Origin: Octopus vulgaris
Lineage: Eukaryota
Assembly (NCBI GenBank): GCA_951406725.2
Contig: OX597817.1
Location: 165,788,001 to 165,852,000, forward strand
Direction of reading: 5' to 3'
DNA length: 64,000 nt
The first letter of the stretch is position 1; each line of letters opens with the position of its first letter. The notes below the pieces were generated by a model, which saw only the letters and a program-made list of their open reading frames with translations, searched no databases and was not told the DNA's origin. Positions 1-13,560 of this stretch are shown here, piece after piece. The translations under genes and the position numbers were made by a program.

Positions 1-118
1 AACGAAGATATATAGAGTAAATATATAAAAGGTTATATAATAATAATAATGATAATCCCTTCTACTATAGGCACAAGGCCTGAAATTTTTTGTGAGAGGT
101 GGGGGGGGGGGCATCTGT

Positions 119-361
119 TGTCAAGCGATGCTGGAGAGACAAACAAAGACACACAAACACACACATACACACATACATATACATATATACGACGGGCTTC
201 TTTCAGTTTCCGTCTACCAAATCCACTCACAAGGCTTTGGTCGGCCAGAGGCTATAGTAGAAGGAAACACTTGCCCAATGTGCCACACAGTGGGACTGAA
301 CTCGGAACCATGTGGTTATGTGGTTAGTAAGCAAGCTACTTACCACAGCCACTCCTTCGCC

Positions 362-362
<1 letters not shown>
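119..362 (-). mobile_element. SINE family A, 5' half
   Basis: Matches head and body of family A; a degenerate, internally deleted copy follows at about 905-1140. Confidence 0.85.
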
Positions 363-392
<30 letters not shown>

Positions 393-651
393 ATATAGTA
401 AATGGAAAACAGAAGATGGAATATACGAGAATATATTATTAATCAAGACAACTGTTTCAACACATCTAGCATCGATTCTACTTGAGTTGGACACTCAACA
501 ACTGGTTCAGGAGCATCCGGTGGTGTAGATGTATCATGTCGGGCGATAAATAAATACAATTGTATGTCATGTAATGGTAAGTAGCAATGCACGGCATCAG
601 AATTTTCAACACTTGTCAAATATGGTTTGATTTCAGTATTACAACGATGTA

Positions 652-691
<40 letters not shown>

Positions 692-810
692 AACAACTAA
701 TGTAGAGATTGCAAGAAGTAACACAAATCTTTAGAGAAAAAAAGTGAGTGGAATTTGAACCGCTGAGTGTCTTAATAAAGCATTAAAACAGAATGACTTT
801 CTCCAGGCAC

Positions 811-856
<46 letters not shown>

Positions 857-1167
857 TATCTATACATACATACATACATACATACATACATACATACATC
901 ATTTTCCTTTTATTCTTTCACTTCTTCCAGTCATTTGACTGCGACCATGTTGGAGCACCGCCTTCAGTCGAACAAATCGAACCTACGACTTATTCTTTGT
1001 CTTGCTGAACTGCTAATTTACGGGGACGTAAACACACCAGTTTCTGTCTACTATAGCCTCTGGTCGACCCGAGGCTACAGTAGAAGAACCCGGAACTGTG
1101 TGGTTGGGAAGCAAGTTTCTTGACACAGGGCCATTCCTATATATATATATATCATTATATCATTATA

Positions 1168-1226
<59 letters not shown>

Positions 1227-2045
1227 GTATAATATATTCATATATACACACACATGTATGTTTGTATGTATGTATGTATGTATATATATATATATATATA
1301 TATATACACAAACATATGTATGTATATATGTCCATAATTACACAAAACATACGCACATATACGCATTGATATAAATTCACGCATGCGTACTTAAAACGAT
1401 ACAAATCATAGTAACAGTGAAGTTAGCTCCTAACCAAAGACTGTAGAACGTGGAGAACAAAGAACGTTTTTATCACTGTCAGAGATGACAGATTGCTTGT
1501 GTAAAGTACAACTTAGGGATCTGAAGTGGTAGAACAGGCGTGAAAGCCTCACAACACGATGGCCAGCCGTCCGACATGAAGGACTTCAATGTCCACGTAA
1601 ACGACGAAAGAAATAATGGAAGATAAATATAAAAATAAAGATACATACACACAAAGAGGCGTATGTATGCATATATGTATATAAATATACGTATTTGTGT
1701 ACAAGTACATAAATACACAAATACAATCACCACGGAACGGAAAACAATGGTTTTAGTATTAAGGAGTTAAAATGGATTAGGTGTAACGACTTAAAGTCCA
1801 TCACTTACTAACAAGTTCACATCCTCTATCACTGCACAAATATTGCGGCGGCCATTTTAGAAACCTGAATTATGGTCTCTTTAAGACTACCACTAATGTT
1901 ATTATAATGAATGTGCGTATATGCGTGCGTTTTATGCCCGAAGACATACGTATAAAACAATTTATATCCTTATATATTATATGCATATTTATACATACAT
2001 ACATACATACATACATACATACATACATACATACATACATACATA

Positions 2046-2437
2046 CTCTTTTTACTCTCTTTTACTTGTTTCAGTCATTTGACTGCGGCCATGCTGGAGC
2101 ACCGCCTTTAGTCGAGCAACTCGACCCAGGGACTTATTCTTTTGTAAGCCCAGTACTTATTCTATCGGTCTCTTTTGCCGAACCGCTAAGTGACGGGGAC
2201 ATAAACATACCAGCATCGGTTGTCAAGCAATGCTAGGGGGACAAACACAGACACACAAACATACATGCACATACACATATATACATATATACGACGGGCT
2301 TCTTTCAGTTTCCGTCTACCAAATCCACTCACAAGGCTTTGGTCGGCCCGAGGCTATAGTAGAAGACACTTGCCCAAGGTGCCACGCAGTGGGACTGAAC
2401 CCGGAACCATGTGGTTGGTAAGCAAGCTACTTACCAC
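2046..2437 (-). mobile_element. SINE family A, near full-length
   Basis: Reverse-complement match to 5131-5585; a further head fragment lies at about 2537-2665. Confidence 0.9.
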
Positions 2438-2457
2438 ATATACATATATACATACAT

Positions 2458-2499
<42 letters not shown>

Positions 2500-2813
2500 G
2501 TATTTGCTAAGACGTCGGGTGTATATATATATATATTCTGTTTCCGCCTACCAAATCCACTCACGAGGCTTTGGTTAGCCCGAGGCTATAGTAGAAGATA
2601 CTTGCCCAAGGTGCCACGCAGTGGGACTGAACCTGGAACCATGCGGTTGGGAAGCAAGCTTCTTACATAGACAGACAGACAGACAGACAGATAGATAGAT
2701 AAATAATGAGTCTCTAAGACAGAGTAAAAGGGGTACAGAGAGAAAGACGATGAAATTATAAACGTATGTGGACTGTGATGGTAGTAGTAGTAGTAGTGGT
2801 GGTGGTGGTAGTG

Positions 2814-2865
<52 letters not shown>

Positions 2866-3453
2866 AACTGTAATGGGTCGGTCTTGGTTTATCATTAGTT
2901 TGGTTGGTTGTGGCAACAGTGGTTTGCTGGTGATGGCAGCGATGGAAGGAATGGCGCAGAGGCGGTGCCGAGTCGTGATAATGCCATTGCAAAGTGGTTG
3001 ACGGCGGTCATGAAGGTTGGCGGCGTGTGAATGTGATGGCGTTGGCGATGGTGTTTGGAGGTTGATGGTTGATGGTTGTGGTGACGGTAGTACGGTAGTG
3101 ATAGTGGTGGTATGGCTGGCGAATGGGAGAGGGGATTTTTTTAGTGGATGGTGGAGATAACGGATGGTCGTTAGTAGACAACCTCTGGGGAAACAAAACT
3201 CAATTCTCAATTCTCAACAGTCTAAATGTTATGACGAAACTAAAAACCAAAGCAAATGTTTCCTATCATGGTTGATCTCCCTTGAAATCCGTGTCCCATG
3301 TTATATTGCCCATATTATGTTGCTGCTCCAACAGAAAGCTTTCGTGCCCAATCTTCGCCTTCTATTTTGATTATTTCGTTTTACATATACCCTATGTATG
3401 TGTGTGTGTATGTATGTATGTATGTATGTATACACGTACATACATTTTATATA

Positions 3454-3498
<45 letters not shown>

Positions 3499-3544
3499 TA
3501 TATATAAGTATACACAGACACACTCAGATACACACATTACACAC

Positions 3545-3593
<49 letters not shown>

Positions 3594-3626
3594 TATATAC
3601 ATATATATATACATATATATATATAC

Positions 3627-3657
<31 letters not shown>

Positions 3658-3674
3658 CATATATATACATACAT

Positions 3675-3761
<87 letters not shown>

Positions 3762-3794
3762 CATACACACACATATATATATATATACATGCTC

Positions 3795-3825
<31 letters not shown>

Positions 3826-3843
3826 CATATATGCATACATATA

Positions 3844-3875
<32 letters not shown>

Positions 3876-3897
3876 CATATATATATATACATACTTA

Positions 3898-3929
<32 letters not shown>

Positions 3930-3962
3930 CATACATATATATACATACATACATATATGCAT

Positions 3963-4037
<75 letters not shown>

Positions 4038-4769
4038 CGCACAAACACACCGTCTATGTTTGAGATACTGAAAAGAATGATGTAAGCTTACTAATCAACC
4101 ATTCACCAAATAAATTCACACGAACAAACAGGAAAACCCATACATCTACAGACATAAATTCCCTCTACGTTTTCTCTTTTGGAAATGTAACCGAGTTGCT
4201 GGAATTCAAGGGGAAATTATTATTTGGGACTGTGACTGTACTTAACTAACCCTATCATGTAATTGTAGGCATGCTATTTATTTAATTTATTTTATTTTTA
4301 ATTTTTCTATATAATTCTTTTTTTTTTTTTCATTTTAGTTCTTGAGAGAACCAAAAATCTGAAACAGTGGGCTTAGTTAGAAACATACATATATATATGC
4401 ATAAAAGTATATGAAGAGCTCAGCATACATATACATACGTACAAATATGCAAGCACATGTGTGTGTATATGTATATATACATATATACATCTATATATAC
4501 ATACACATATATATATATACATGCACATATATATATATATACATACATATATACATCTATATATACATATATATCTACATCTATATGCATATATATACAT
4601 CTGTATATATATATGTCTATATACACACACATATATATACACATATATGTATATGCATACATGTATGCTTCTCTTTCACACATGTACACGTATACATATA
4701 TTTGCATACATACATGTATGCTTCTCTTTCACACATGTACACGTATACATATATTTGCATACATACATG

Positions 4770-4840
<71 letters not shown>

Positions 4841-4844
4841 CTAG

Positions 4845-5107
4845 CTCGTGAAATTAATGTGCAAGTGGCTGAGCACTCCATAGACACGTGTACCCTTATC
4901 ATAGTTCTCTGGGGGATTCAGCGTAAAAACAGAGTGTGACAGAGTTGACCCTTTGAAATACCGGTACTACTCATTTCTGCCAGCTGAGTGGACTGGAGCA
5001 ACGTGAAGTAATGTGTCTTGCTCAAGGACAATGCGTCGCCGGGAATTGAACTCACGACCCTACGATCGTGAGCTGAATGCACTAACCACTCTGCCACGCG
5101 CCTTCAC
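4845..5107 (-). mobile_element. SINE family C (tRNA-like head)
   Basis: Head 'tgaaggcgcgtggcagagtggttag...gagttcaattccc'; homologous to 54832-55160. Confidence 0.85.
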
Positions 5108-5130
5108 TATATATATATATATATATATAT

Positions 5131-5296
5131 AGGCGCAGGAGTGGCTGTGTGGTAAGTAGCTTGCTTACCAACCACATGGTTCCGGGTTCATTCCCACTGC
5201 GTGGCATCTTGGGCAAGTGTCTTCTGCTATAGCCCCGGGCCGACCAATGCCTTGTGAGTGGATTTGGTAGACGGAAACTGAAAGAAACCTGTCGTA

Positions 5297-5369
<73 letters not shown>

Positions 5370-5585
5370 ATGTGTTTGTGTGTCTGTTTGTCTCCCTAGT
5401 ATTGCTTGACAACCGATGTTGGTGTGTTTACGTCCCGGTCACTTAGCGGTTCGGCAAAAAGAGACCGATAGAATAAGTACTGGGCTTACAAAGAATAAGT
5501 CCCGGCGTCGATTTGCTCGACTAAAGGCGGTGCTCCAGCATGGCCACAGTCAAATGACTGAAACAAGTAAAAGAGAAAAAGAGAG
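5131..5585 (+). mobile_element. SINE family A, full-length copy (tRNA-like head, internal microsatellite, LINE-like tail)
   Basis: A-box-like TGGCTGTGTGG, B-box-like GGTTCATTCC, tail ggcggtgctccagcatggccacagtcaaatgactgaaacaagtaaaagag. More than 10 related copies occur in the window. Confidence 0.9.
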
Positions 5586-5848
5586 TATATATATAAATGT
5601 ATGTATGTATGTCTATATTTGTACATACATCTGTATAGATGTTTATATATACCCTATGTTGATATATATACGCACCACGCTGTATGTGCGTAAATTTTTT
5701 GCATAGGTCTAAGAAACAACGTAACAATGAATCCTTTAGGTATTGTCTAATTTGACTAAACAATGAATTCTTTGTTCTTATCATAGAGGAACCTTTTTGT
5801 TCTTTATTGCTAGAGAAATTTTTAAATGACTAGAAACATACAGCCACA

Positions 5849-5909
<61 letters not shown>

Positions 5910-6005
5910 TGGGGGGCGAACATATACAGGGAGATATACATACTAACAGAAATATACATACACACACATGTACACACACACACACATATATATACATACA
6001 CACAT

Positions 6006-6702
6006 ACACTCGGAGATTTGTGGCCTATACATACATATAAATATATATGCACACACACACACATACATACATACATACATACATACATACATACATACAT
6101 ACATACATACATTCATATATACATATATACTTATATACATACATACATATATACATATATACATACATACATACATACATATATACATACATAAATATAT
6201 ACATACATATATACATATATACATACATACATACATACATACATACATACATACATACATACATACATACATACATACATACATACACATACACTCGGAG
6301 ATCGTGTGGCCTATACATACATATAAATATATATGCACACACACACATATATACATATATACATACATACATACATACATATATACATATATACATACAT
6401 ACATATATACATATATACATATATGCATACATACATACATACATATATGCATACATACATACATACATACATACATACATACATACATACATACATACAT
6501 ACACATACACTCGGAGATTGTGTGGCTTATACATATATATATATAAATATATATGCACACACACATACATACATACATACATACATATATACATATATAC
6601 ATACATATATACATACATATATACATACATACATACATATATACATATACATACACTCGGAGATTGTGTGGCCTATACATACATATAAATATATATGCAC
6701 AC
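6006..6702 (+). repeat. Compound minisatellite: 4 copies of a roughly 50-bp unit separated by variable (CATA)n
   Basis: 'acactcggagattgtgtggcctatacatacatataaatatatatgcacac' at 6006, 6291, 6507 and 6653. Confidence 0.9.
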
Positions 6703-7181
6703 ATACATACATACATACATACATACATACATACATACATACATAAATACATACATACATACATACATACATACATACATACAAAAGTGGATCTAACCAT
6801 CTATTATGTATGGTCTGGGGTCATACATGCCAATATAAAAACAATGCAACGAGCTATACGAAAGCAATATTGTTTAGATGGCAGTATTAAATAACGATAT
6901 AAATATGACTGCAATTATTGGAACTTCTGTGCGACAAAACTGCTTTCTCTCCTTTTCGCTTTTTAAAATATTTTTGCCTTCTCTGTCTGTCTTTCCTCTC
7001 TGTAGTCATATTGCGGCTACATAATACAGTAAGCAAAATGATTTAAATTTATTTAGCTAATTATAATTGCATATAAAAACGTATGTATTTGTATATATGT
7101 GCACGCGTGTGCTTGTTTATATGCATGTGTGTGTGTTTGTACATATGTAATCTACACACTCACATACGCGTACAGACTCTC

Positions 7182-7252
<71 letters not shown>

Positions 7253-8523
7253 GACTGTGTGGCAGAGAGAGAATATAAGCAAAGAGAATAAGTTAAACAG
7301 TGCGTGAAACGTAAACTAGAACAAAAATCACCCCCTCATCAGCTGTTCACTGATGTTCTGCGATTTTGATACACTAACAACAGTATTTCTTGCTTCAGAC
7401 TGTAATAGAAATAATTGGCACACAGAGAGACGCACTGTATTGTATTTATGGTATGATATGAGAAACAGCAACAAGTATACGAAAATACATGTATGTATGC
7501 ATGTATAGTATTTCTACTATACTGTTGAGTTTAGAGCTCCAGATAGATAGTTATCTCCGAGTATGTTTTGAGTATAGTGCTTATATTACTACCGTACTTC
7601 GTAGTACTACTGGATGCAATGTATAGATTAATTGTAGGAGAAATGATGATAAATATGTATTGATATTACTTGTTCCCTTCGAATGTTTCACCGCTGTATT
7701 TGTTTGAAATAATAGCATTGGATGTCCCAAGTGTAATTGTATGCCTAACCACGACCGATCATTAGGGAAACACTTTATTGCAATCATACAGAGATCAAAT
7801 TTTGGCATTTGAGGCTTGTACCGTTGAAATAAGGTGTTTCCCCGATGATCCCATGGTGAGATCAGAATCGTCAGCAGCAAGTATTTGAACAACGTAAGTT
7901 TTAGAAAATTCTTGATGGTTGAGATTATTTCCTCTTCTGTCTTCCCTCAACTTATTTGCCAGTCGGTAATTATGATACTTGTGATAAAACATAGAGGCGA
8001 TTATTTTAATAAATGAAAAACTTATGTTATTTGGTATTTGATATAACTCTGCCAGATTATTCATAAACACACACACTCACACTCACACTCTGTAAAAAAT
8101 TTCTCTTACAATCTACTAGCTAGGAAAATTCAAAATATTTGAGTAAAAAGCAATTGGAAACAGGCATATAATCTCGTTTATAGCTACAAATATTTGTGTA
8201 TTTGGTTACAATACCGAACTTGTATACAATAGCTCATGAAAACTTGGTTTCTTTGTAGCAGCTAAAACATATTCTAAACTTCATTTAGTAACGAAATCAG
8301 GATAATACACCAGACTTTCTGAGGAATTGTTTTTCAGTATTTAAATTTCAACCTTTGACGTTATTATATTTTGATTTCAGATCAGTTGCTAACTTATTCA
8401 AGAGGTTAAAAAGAACACAAAAAATAATAAATAAACTACAAAAGTTACAGTAAGATACTCAAAAGCAATTTCTCACAGGCAAGCAGATATATTGTTTAAA
8501 TAAAAAGTTTCGATATAACTTAC

Positions 8524-9394
8524 CGGAGCATCTCATTCCAGACTGTAGAGAAATGTTGTTGTAGCCATTCCATGGAGAGATATCCTGACTCATATAAGAA
8601 GGGTAAGAACTAAGACCGCTAGGTCTGTGCAACGGTGTACTAAAACTACTGTCCGATCGAACCACCGATGGACTGGTTATAGGTGAACTAGGAGCAGGAG
8701 TGAATGCAAATCTCGAAGAAACGGGATGATGTGAAGCGGAGTTGGTTGTGCTATAAGGTGTTTCCGAATTTGGCATCGACCACATTGTTCCAGAAGTGGG
8801 AGACCCGGCTGAGTTTTGACCCGTGCCGTTGCCTACATATTGCATGGGGAGGACAGCACGAGTAGTTGGAACGTATACAGGGCTACTGTTGGCTGGGTGA
8901 AGGTACGTGTTTGAAGGACTTTCGTAAGGAGTAACTCCTGAAGGGCTCGTCATAGGCATTGCTGAAACGTGGTTTTGAAACATTGAGTTTGTTTGCTGTG
9001 GTAGTTTTTGGTTAACAATGGAAGGGCTTGTTGAGGTAGCAATGGAGCCGTTATTAGAGATGCTGTTCGACTGATGAGAAGCGCCACCTTGTGACGACGT
9101 GTTGACGTCGAGTTGGTTTAAAAGTACTTCGACTTCTTCTGAGCGAAAGATCTGATTGTTGTCCTGGTGAAAGTTCACAGACAAGCCTGGCTGCATACCC
9201 CGTGGAGTTAACTGGTATACGGGCGATGTCGCTGCTGCAGCAGCTGCAGCAGCAGCAGCGGTGGACCCGTCGATGGATCCTACACTGGGATCAAAATATG
9301 AATAGGAACCCCTTATACAGCTAGGGGTCTTATCTAATACTTCTTGTTTAATATTTAAATATGGCGGACTATGCCAGGATTCTGCGGTGGCCAT
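8524..9394 (-). CDS. GATA456: First coding exon (N-terminal transactivation region) of a GATA4/5/6-class (GATA456/pannier-like) transcription factor
   Basis: The only long, compositionally normal non-TE ORF (8459..9394). It is Ser/Pro/Thr-rich with a poly-Ala run and contains the GATA4/5/6 hallmark SSPVYVPTTRA (8855-8887) plus later MW and SSRFAF motifs. The frame reaches a consensus donor CCG|GTAAGT at 8524/8523, giving 871 coding nt (phase-1 intron), consistent with the intron preceding the zinc-finger exon in GATA genes. No zinc-finger exon was found in 1-8523. Confidence 0.9.
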
Positions 9395-9950
9395 TAAACC
9401 ACATTCGATGTCCCCCCTAATTTTGAAAGTTGGGTAGGAAACGGTTGGGTGAAAAAAAGGGCCCCTTATTTTGTTTAGGACACAGGAAACCCGTGTACCT
9501 AATTCTTGTTATTGTAGTATTTCTTGTGCAATCAATCAGTGAATATATGTAAATATATCTTGATGTATATACGTGTGTGTGTACACAGCCAAGGAGCAAG
9601 AGGCGAAATAAAGGAGTCTTTATTTAGATAAAATAGAAACCGTGATAATTATCGTTATTGCTATTGCTCTCCAAGCTACCAGCAGTTGTAATGGAAACGT
9701 TTTAATTTTTATATTTCCTGAATTTCTAATGCTTTTTTTGTGTTTTATTAATAAAAATGAGGTGTAAGTATTCCAATGTCTTCTGATGATGATAATGGTA
9801 TTCTTTGGTTAATAGAAAATGTATGAGCCAGGAAAAGCAAGAAGGTTTTTGTTTTAAATTTCTTTCGGTGCTACATACACTGCAACTGGAAGTCATGTAA
9901 AGTCTTGACAGTAGGAATTCTGTAAGTACAAAATTAAGAGAGAAGTATGA
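9395..9950 (-). other. Probable 5' UTR of the GATA exon with splice acceptor at 9920/9919
   Basis: Minus strand reads tcatacttctctcttaattttgtacttacag|aattcc: a polypyrimidine tract plus TTACAG about 525 nt upstream of the ATG. This implies an upstream non-coding exon. Confidence 0.5.
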
Positions 9951-10175
9951 ATGAATATGAATACAGACGAGAAAAAATATGTTCATTAATTTAGAAGCAT
10001 ACATAATAAAATATCTGTAACAGCTATAAGTTTTCATTTTGATGCCTATGAATGTAAGTGTGAGATTTGGTATAATGCATATATGGTGTCACACTTTTTA
10101 CTCAAAGGAAGATATTTTCTCCACGGTAAGTGCAGTGAATTTGCCTTTTGGCAATTGAAATACGTCACAAAGATA

Positions 10176-11023
10176 TGCGTGGTCTAATCAATAAGTATCA
10201 GGACTGTTGCCATAATAACGAAGTTAAATCAAACAGAGTGAAGCTGCTTAGCACAGATTGACCTTAAACTCTGCTGTGTATGCACGCTAAGTTTTAACGC
10301 TCTGTTCACTTCTGCTGTCTGCAGCAGTGCTTGGAAGGAAGGTGTACAGCGTGTGATCGTCGCATTGATTATGACAGAAAGTTGAACAGAGAATCTGCAT
10401 CAAATTTTTCCAAAATTTTGGCGGTGCCTAGTCAGTGGCCTACGCAAAGTTTTCAAAAATTTTTTCATCGTTCTCCACAAAATCAAGGAGATCTTGTGCA
10501 ACTGTAACCCAAGTGTCTTTTTGGTCAGCTGAAAGCAGTTATGGCAAAAACTTGGCAGACACGCGTCTCATACCCAAATCTTCAGTGATAATGGACTGAA
10601 CTGAACTGAACCGTAACTAATCTGCACACCCTCTGATAGCTCACGGATGGTGATTCGACAATTTCCCCTCACAGCAGCATACACATCTGCGATGTTTTTC
10701 TCAGTTCTGCTGGTTGCATGTCTCCCAGAACGTTCGTCAATATCGACAATTTTTCGGTCATCTTGGAAATGTCTGAATCACTCGTACACTTGTGTGAGGC
10801 TCATACATCTCCTCTCCATACACTTTCTGCAACATTGCGTTTGTCTCTGAGCAGGTATCGCTATGACAACTTTCTGTCATGGTAAATGCGACGATCACAT
10901 GCTACACATCTTCCTTCCAAGCACAGCTGTAAACAAGAGGATGTGAGCGAGAACGTTAAAACCTAGTGCACAGCAGAGTTCAAGGTAAATCTGTACTAAG
11001 CGGCTTTACCTCTGCGTGCTTTA
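10176..11023. mobile_element. Mariner-derived fold-back element: two 5' halves of a mariner transposon in inverted orientation
   Basis: Plus half: ATG 10371 ...EQRICIKF. Minus half: ATG 10880 ...QKVYGEE..DERSGR..RITIRELSE..DLGMRRVSAKF, with stops and frameshifts. About 150 bp of 5' leader is repeated in inverted form (10240-10385 vs 10868-11015). Confidence 0.85.
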
Positions 11024-11089
11024 TATAGAATACAAAAACTACATACATAGATATGGTATATAAAGCTACTGACAATAATGCTAATGAAA

Positions 11090-11310
11090 GCCGATGCTTT
11101 CAAATTTTGGCACTAGGCCAGCAATTCCAGGAGAAGGAATAAGTCAATTACATTGACCCCCAGTGATAAACTGGTACTTACTTTATCGAGGCTGAAAGAA
11201 TGAAAGGCAAAATCAATCTCGATAAAATTTTAATTCAGAACAAAAAGGAGAAAATGCTTCTAAGTATTTTGCCCGGCGTGGTAATGGTTCTGTCATCTCG
11301 CCAACTTCAT
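11090..11310 (-). mobile_element. SINE family B, degenerate
   Basis: Reverse-complement similarity to 51325-51545. Confidence 0.7.
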
Positions 11311-11455
11311 TACATTGATAATAATGCAACCTAATTAATCGACCTCTGGAGAATAAAAGACAAAAGTAACTCGGCAGGATCATAAAGTATGGTAATAAAA
11401 TGGCACAAAGCATTTCGTTTGTCACTCTCATGATTCCGGCAAATATATATATATA

Positions 11456-11860
11456 TGTGGCTGTGTGGTAAGTAGCTTGCTAACCAACCACATGGTACCG
11501 GGTTCAGTCCCACTGCGTGGCATCTTGGGCAAGTGTCTTCTGCTATAGCCCCGGGCCGACCAATGCCTTGTGAGTGGATTTAGTAGACAGAAACTGAAAG
11601 AAGCCTGTCGTATATATGTATATATATATATATATGCATGTGTGTTTGTTTGTGTGTCTGTGTTTGTCCCCCTAGCATTGCTTGACAACCGATGCTGGTG
11701 TGTTTATGTCCCCGTTACTTAGCGGTTCGGCAAAAGAGACCGATAGAATAAGTACTGGGCTTACAAAAAGAATAAGTTCCGGGGTCGAGTTGCTCGATTA
11801 AAGGCGGTGCTCCAGCATGGCCGCAGTTAAATGACTGAAACAAGTAAAAGAGTAAAAGAG

Positions 11861-11861
<1 letters not shown>
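11456..11861 (+). mobile_element. SINE family A, near full-length
   Basis: Close match to 5131-5585, ending in (gtaaaaga)n. Confidence 0.9.
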
Positions 11862-11908
<47 letters not shown>

Positions 11909-13028
11909 ATATATATATATATTTCGTATATGCGTTTTGTTTGGAAGATCCTTGATGTGAATTCTTGGGTTGAAACAAGTTTTGTTTTATCTTGGGAGGT
12001 TCATTACGCCAACAATAAACACACGCACTGGTTCAAAATCACTTTTCCATTATTAATCAATTAGTTAGTTTTTTTAACGAACTAACAAATGGATTGCTGG
12101 CTTAATCAGTCGGTTAACAATTCGATCAGCGGTCTATCACACTGTTTCCGCCGCCATTTGCGAACTCATCACGGGCATGCTTTCTATACTCCGGCTCTCC
12201 TGGCATGTATGCATATATACATATTTCATACACCTTTCTCGGTCATACAACACAAATACCTCCCCCACTGTCACCACTAGCATTACCTCTAACTATGTCA
12301 TATAATCAAACCGTCTTTAATTTCCACCTAAATTCACTTACTGTGCTACGTATACACCTCTCATGCTTCTCTATATCTTTCGTTTTTACCGACTACGTTC
12401 TGATACACACACACACACACACCATATGTGTATTCACATGCAATATTCGCATACTTTTCCATACACTGATATACACACATATTCTCCAATATATTGACAT
12501 ACAAACATTTATCATAAACATATACAAACACAAATAAGCGAAACACACACAAACACACACATACACACACACACACACACATACATCTATACACGCACAA
12601 ACACACATCAAGATAAACCGATTTATCAGATGAAAATATCTTCTCTGTCCGTTTGACATGAAAGATAAAAGGGGAGGGGTCTAAGGCAGAATTTATCATG
12701 ATAATAAAAGGAGAGGATATCAGCATGAAAAGTGGGGTAGCATAGGGGTAGGTGGATGGCGAAGTCGATCTAAATTCCCCACCCAATGCTACATTACGTA
12801 TAATTAAAAGTGCAACGGGTAACTATGGTGATAGTGATGAATGCAATAGATGATAAAAGAAAAAGAAGAACAAGAAGAAGAGGGGTGGAGGAGGGGGAAG
12901 CGATATAGAAATTGTCGTATATTATGATAATAATGACAAAGTTGTCATACCTGAAACTGATCTTGCGAAAATGATATCGGTAACCATGTATATATCTCTC
13001 TCTCCCTCTCTCTTTCTCGCTCTCTCTC

Positions 13029-13081
<53 letters not shown>

Positions 13082-13123
13082 CCTTACATTTATATATGTA
13101 TACAAACATGCATTTATATACAA

Positions 13124-13159
<36 letters not shown>

Positions 13160-13452
13160 GGATATACGTTGATATAAGTATTTTCATATATATGTCCATA
13201 AATTATATAAGCATATGTAATATAAATATGTACATACATATATGTATATAGACATAAAGGTGTATATATATACATATATATATATATACATATACATTTA
13301 TGTACATATATATATACACACATATATAAACACATATACATATACACATGTATATATATATATACACAAACACACATATATGTACATGCACAGATATATA
13401 ATATATATATATATACAAGATAAGAAAATTGAGAAATACATCTAAATCAAAT

Positions 13453-13560
13453 ATCAATTACCAGATAATACTCAATCACATACTTTATTAAACCACCACA
13501 TAAGAGACTGTAGGGTTAAACATAAAAAAGTTTGTGATTGAGTATTTTCTGGTAATTGAT
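13453..13560. repeat. Inverted repeat (about 35-bp arms) within a (TA)n-flanked insert 13415-13733
   Basis: atcaattaccagataatactcaatcaca / tgtgattgagtattttctggtaattgat. Confidence 0.85.

Noticed and set aside
3282-4085. Long [12 protein letters not shown] ORFs here and throughout the ORF track (e.g. 35375-37022, 62516-63186)
   Set aside because: Translations of stop-free dinucleotide and tetranucleotide microsatellites, not genes.
6006-6702. CRISPR-like repeat-spacer appearance
   Set aside because: The spacers are variable-length (CATA)n microsatellite, the context is eukaryotic, and there are no cas genes.
7825-7882. CTGACGA...GAAA on the minus strand
   Set aside because: No stem I complementarity or palindromic loop; likely chance. 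The same applies to CTGATGA at about 21066 and 54104.
8459-8523. ORF tail KLYRNFLFKQYICLPVRNCF as the protein C-terminus
   Set aside because: It lies beyond the consensus GTAAGT donor and is intronic read-through.
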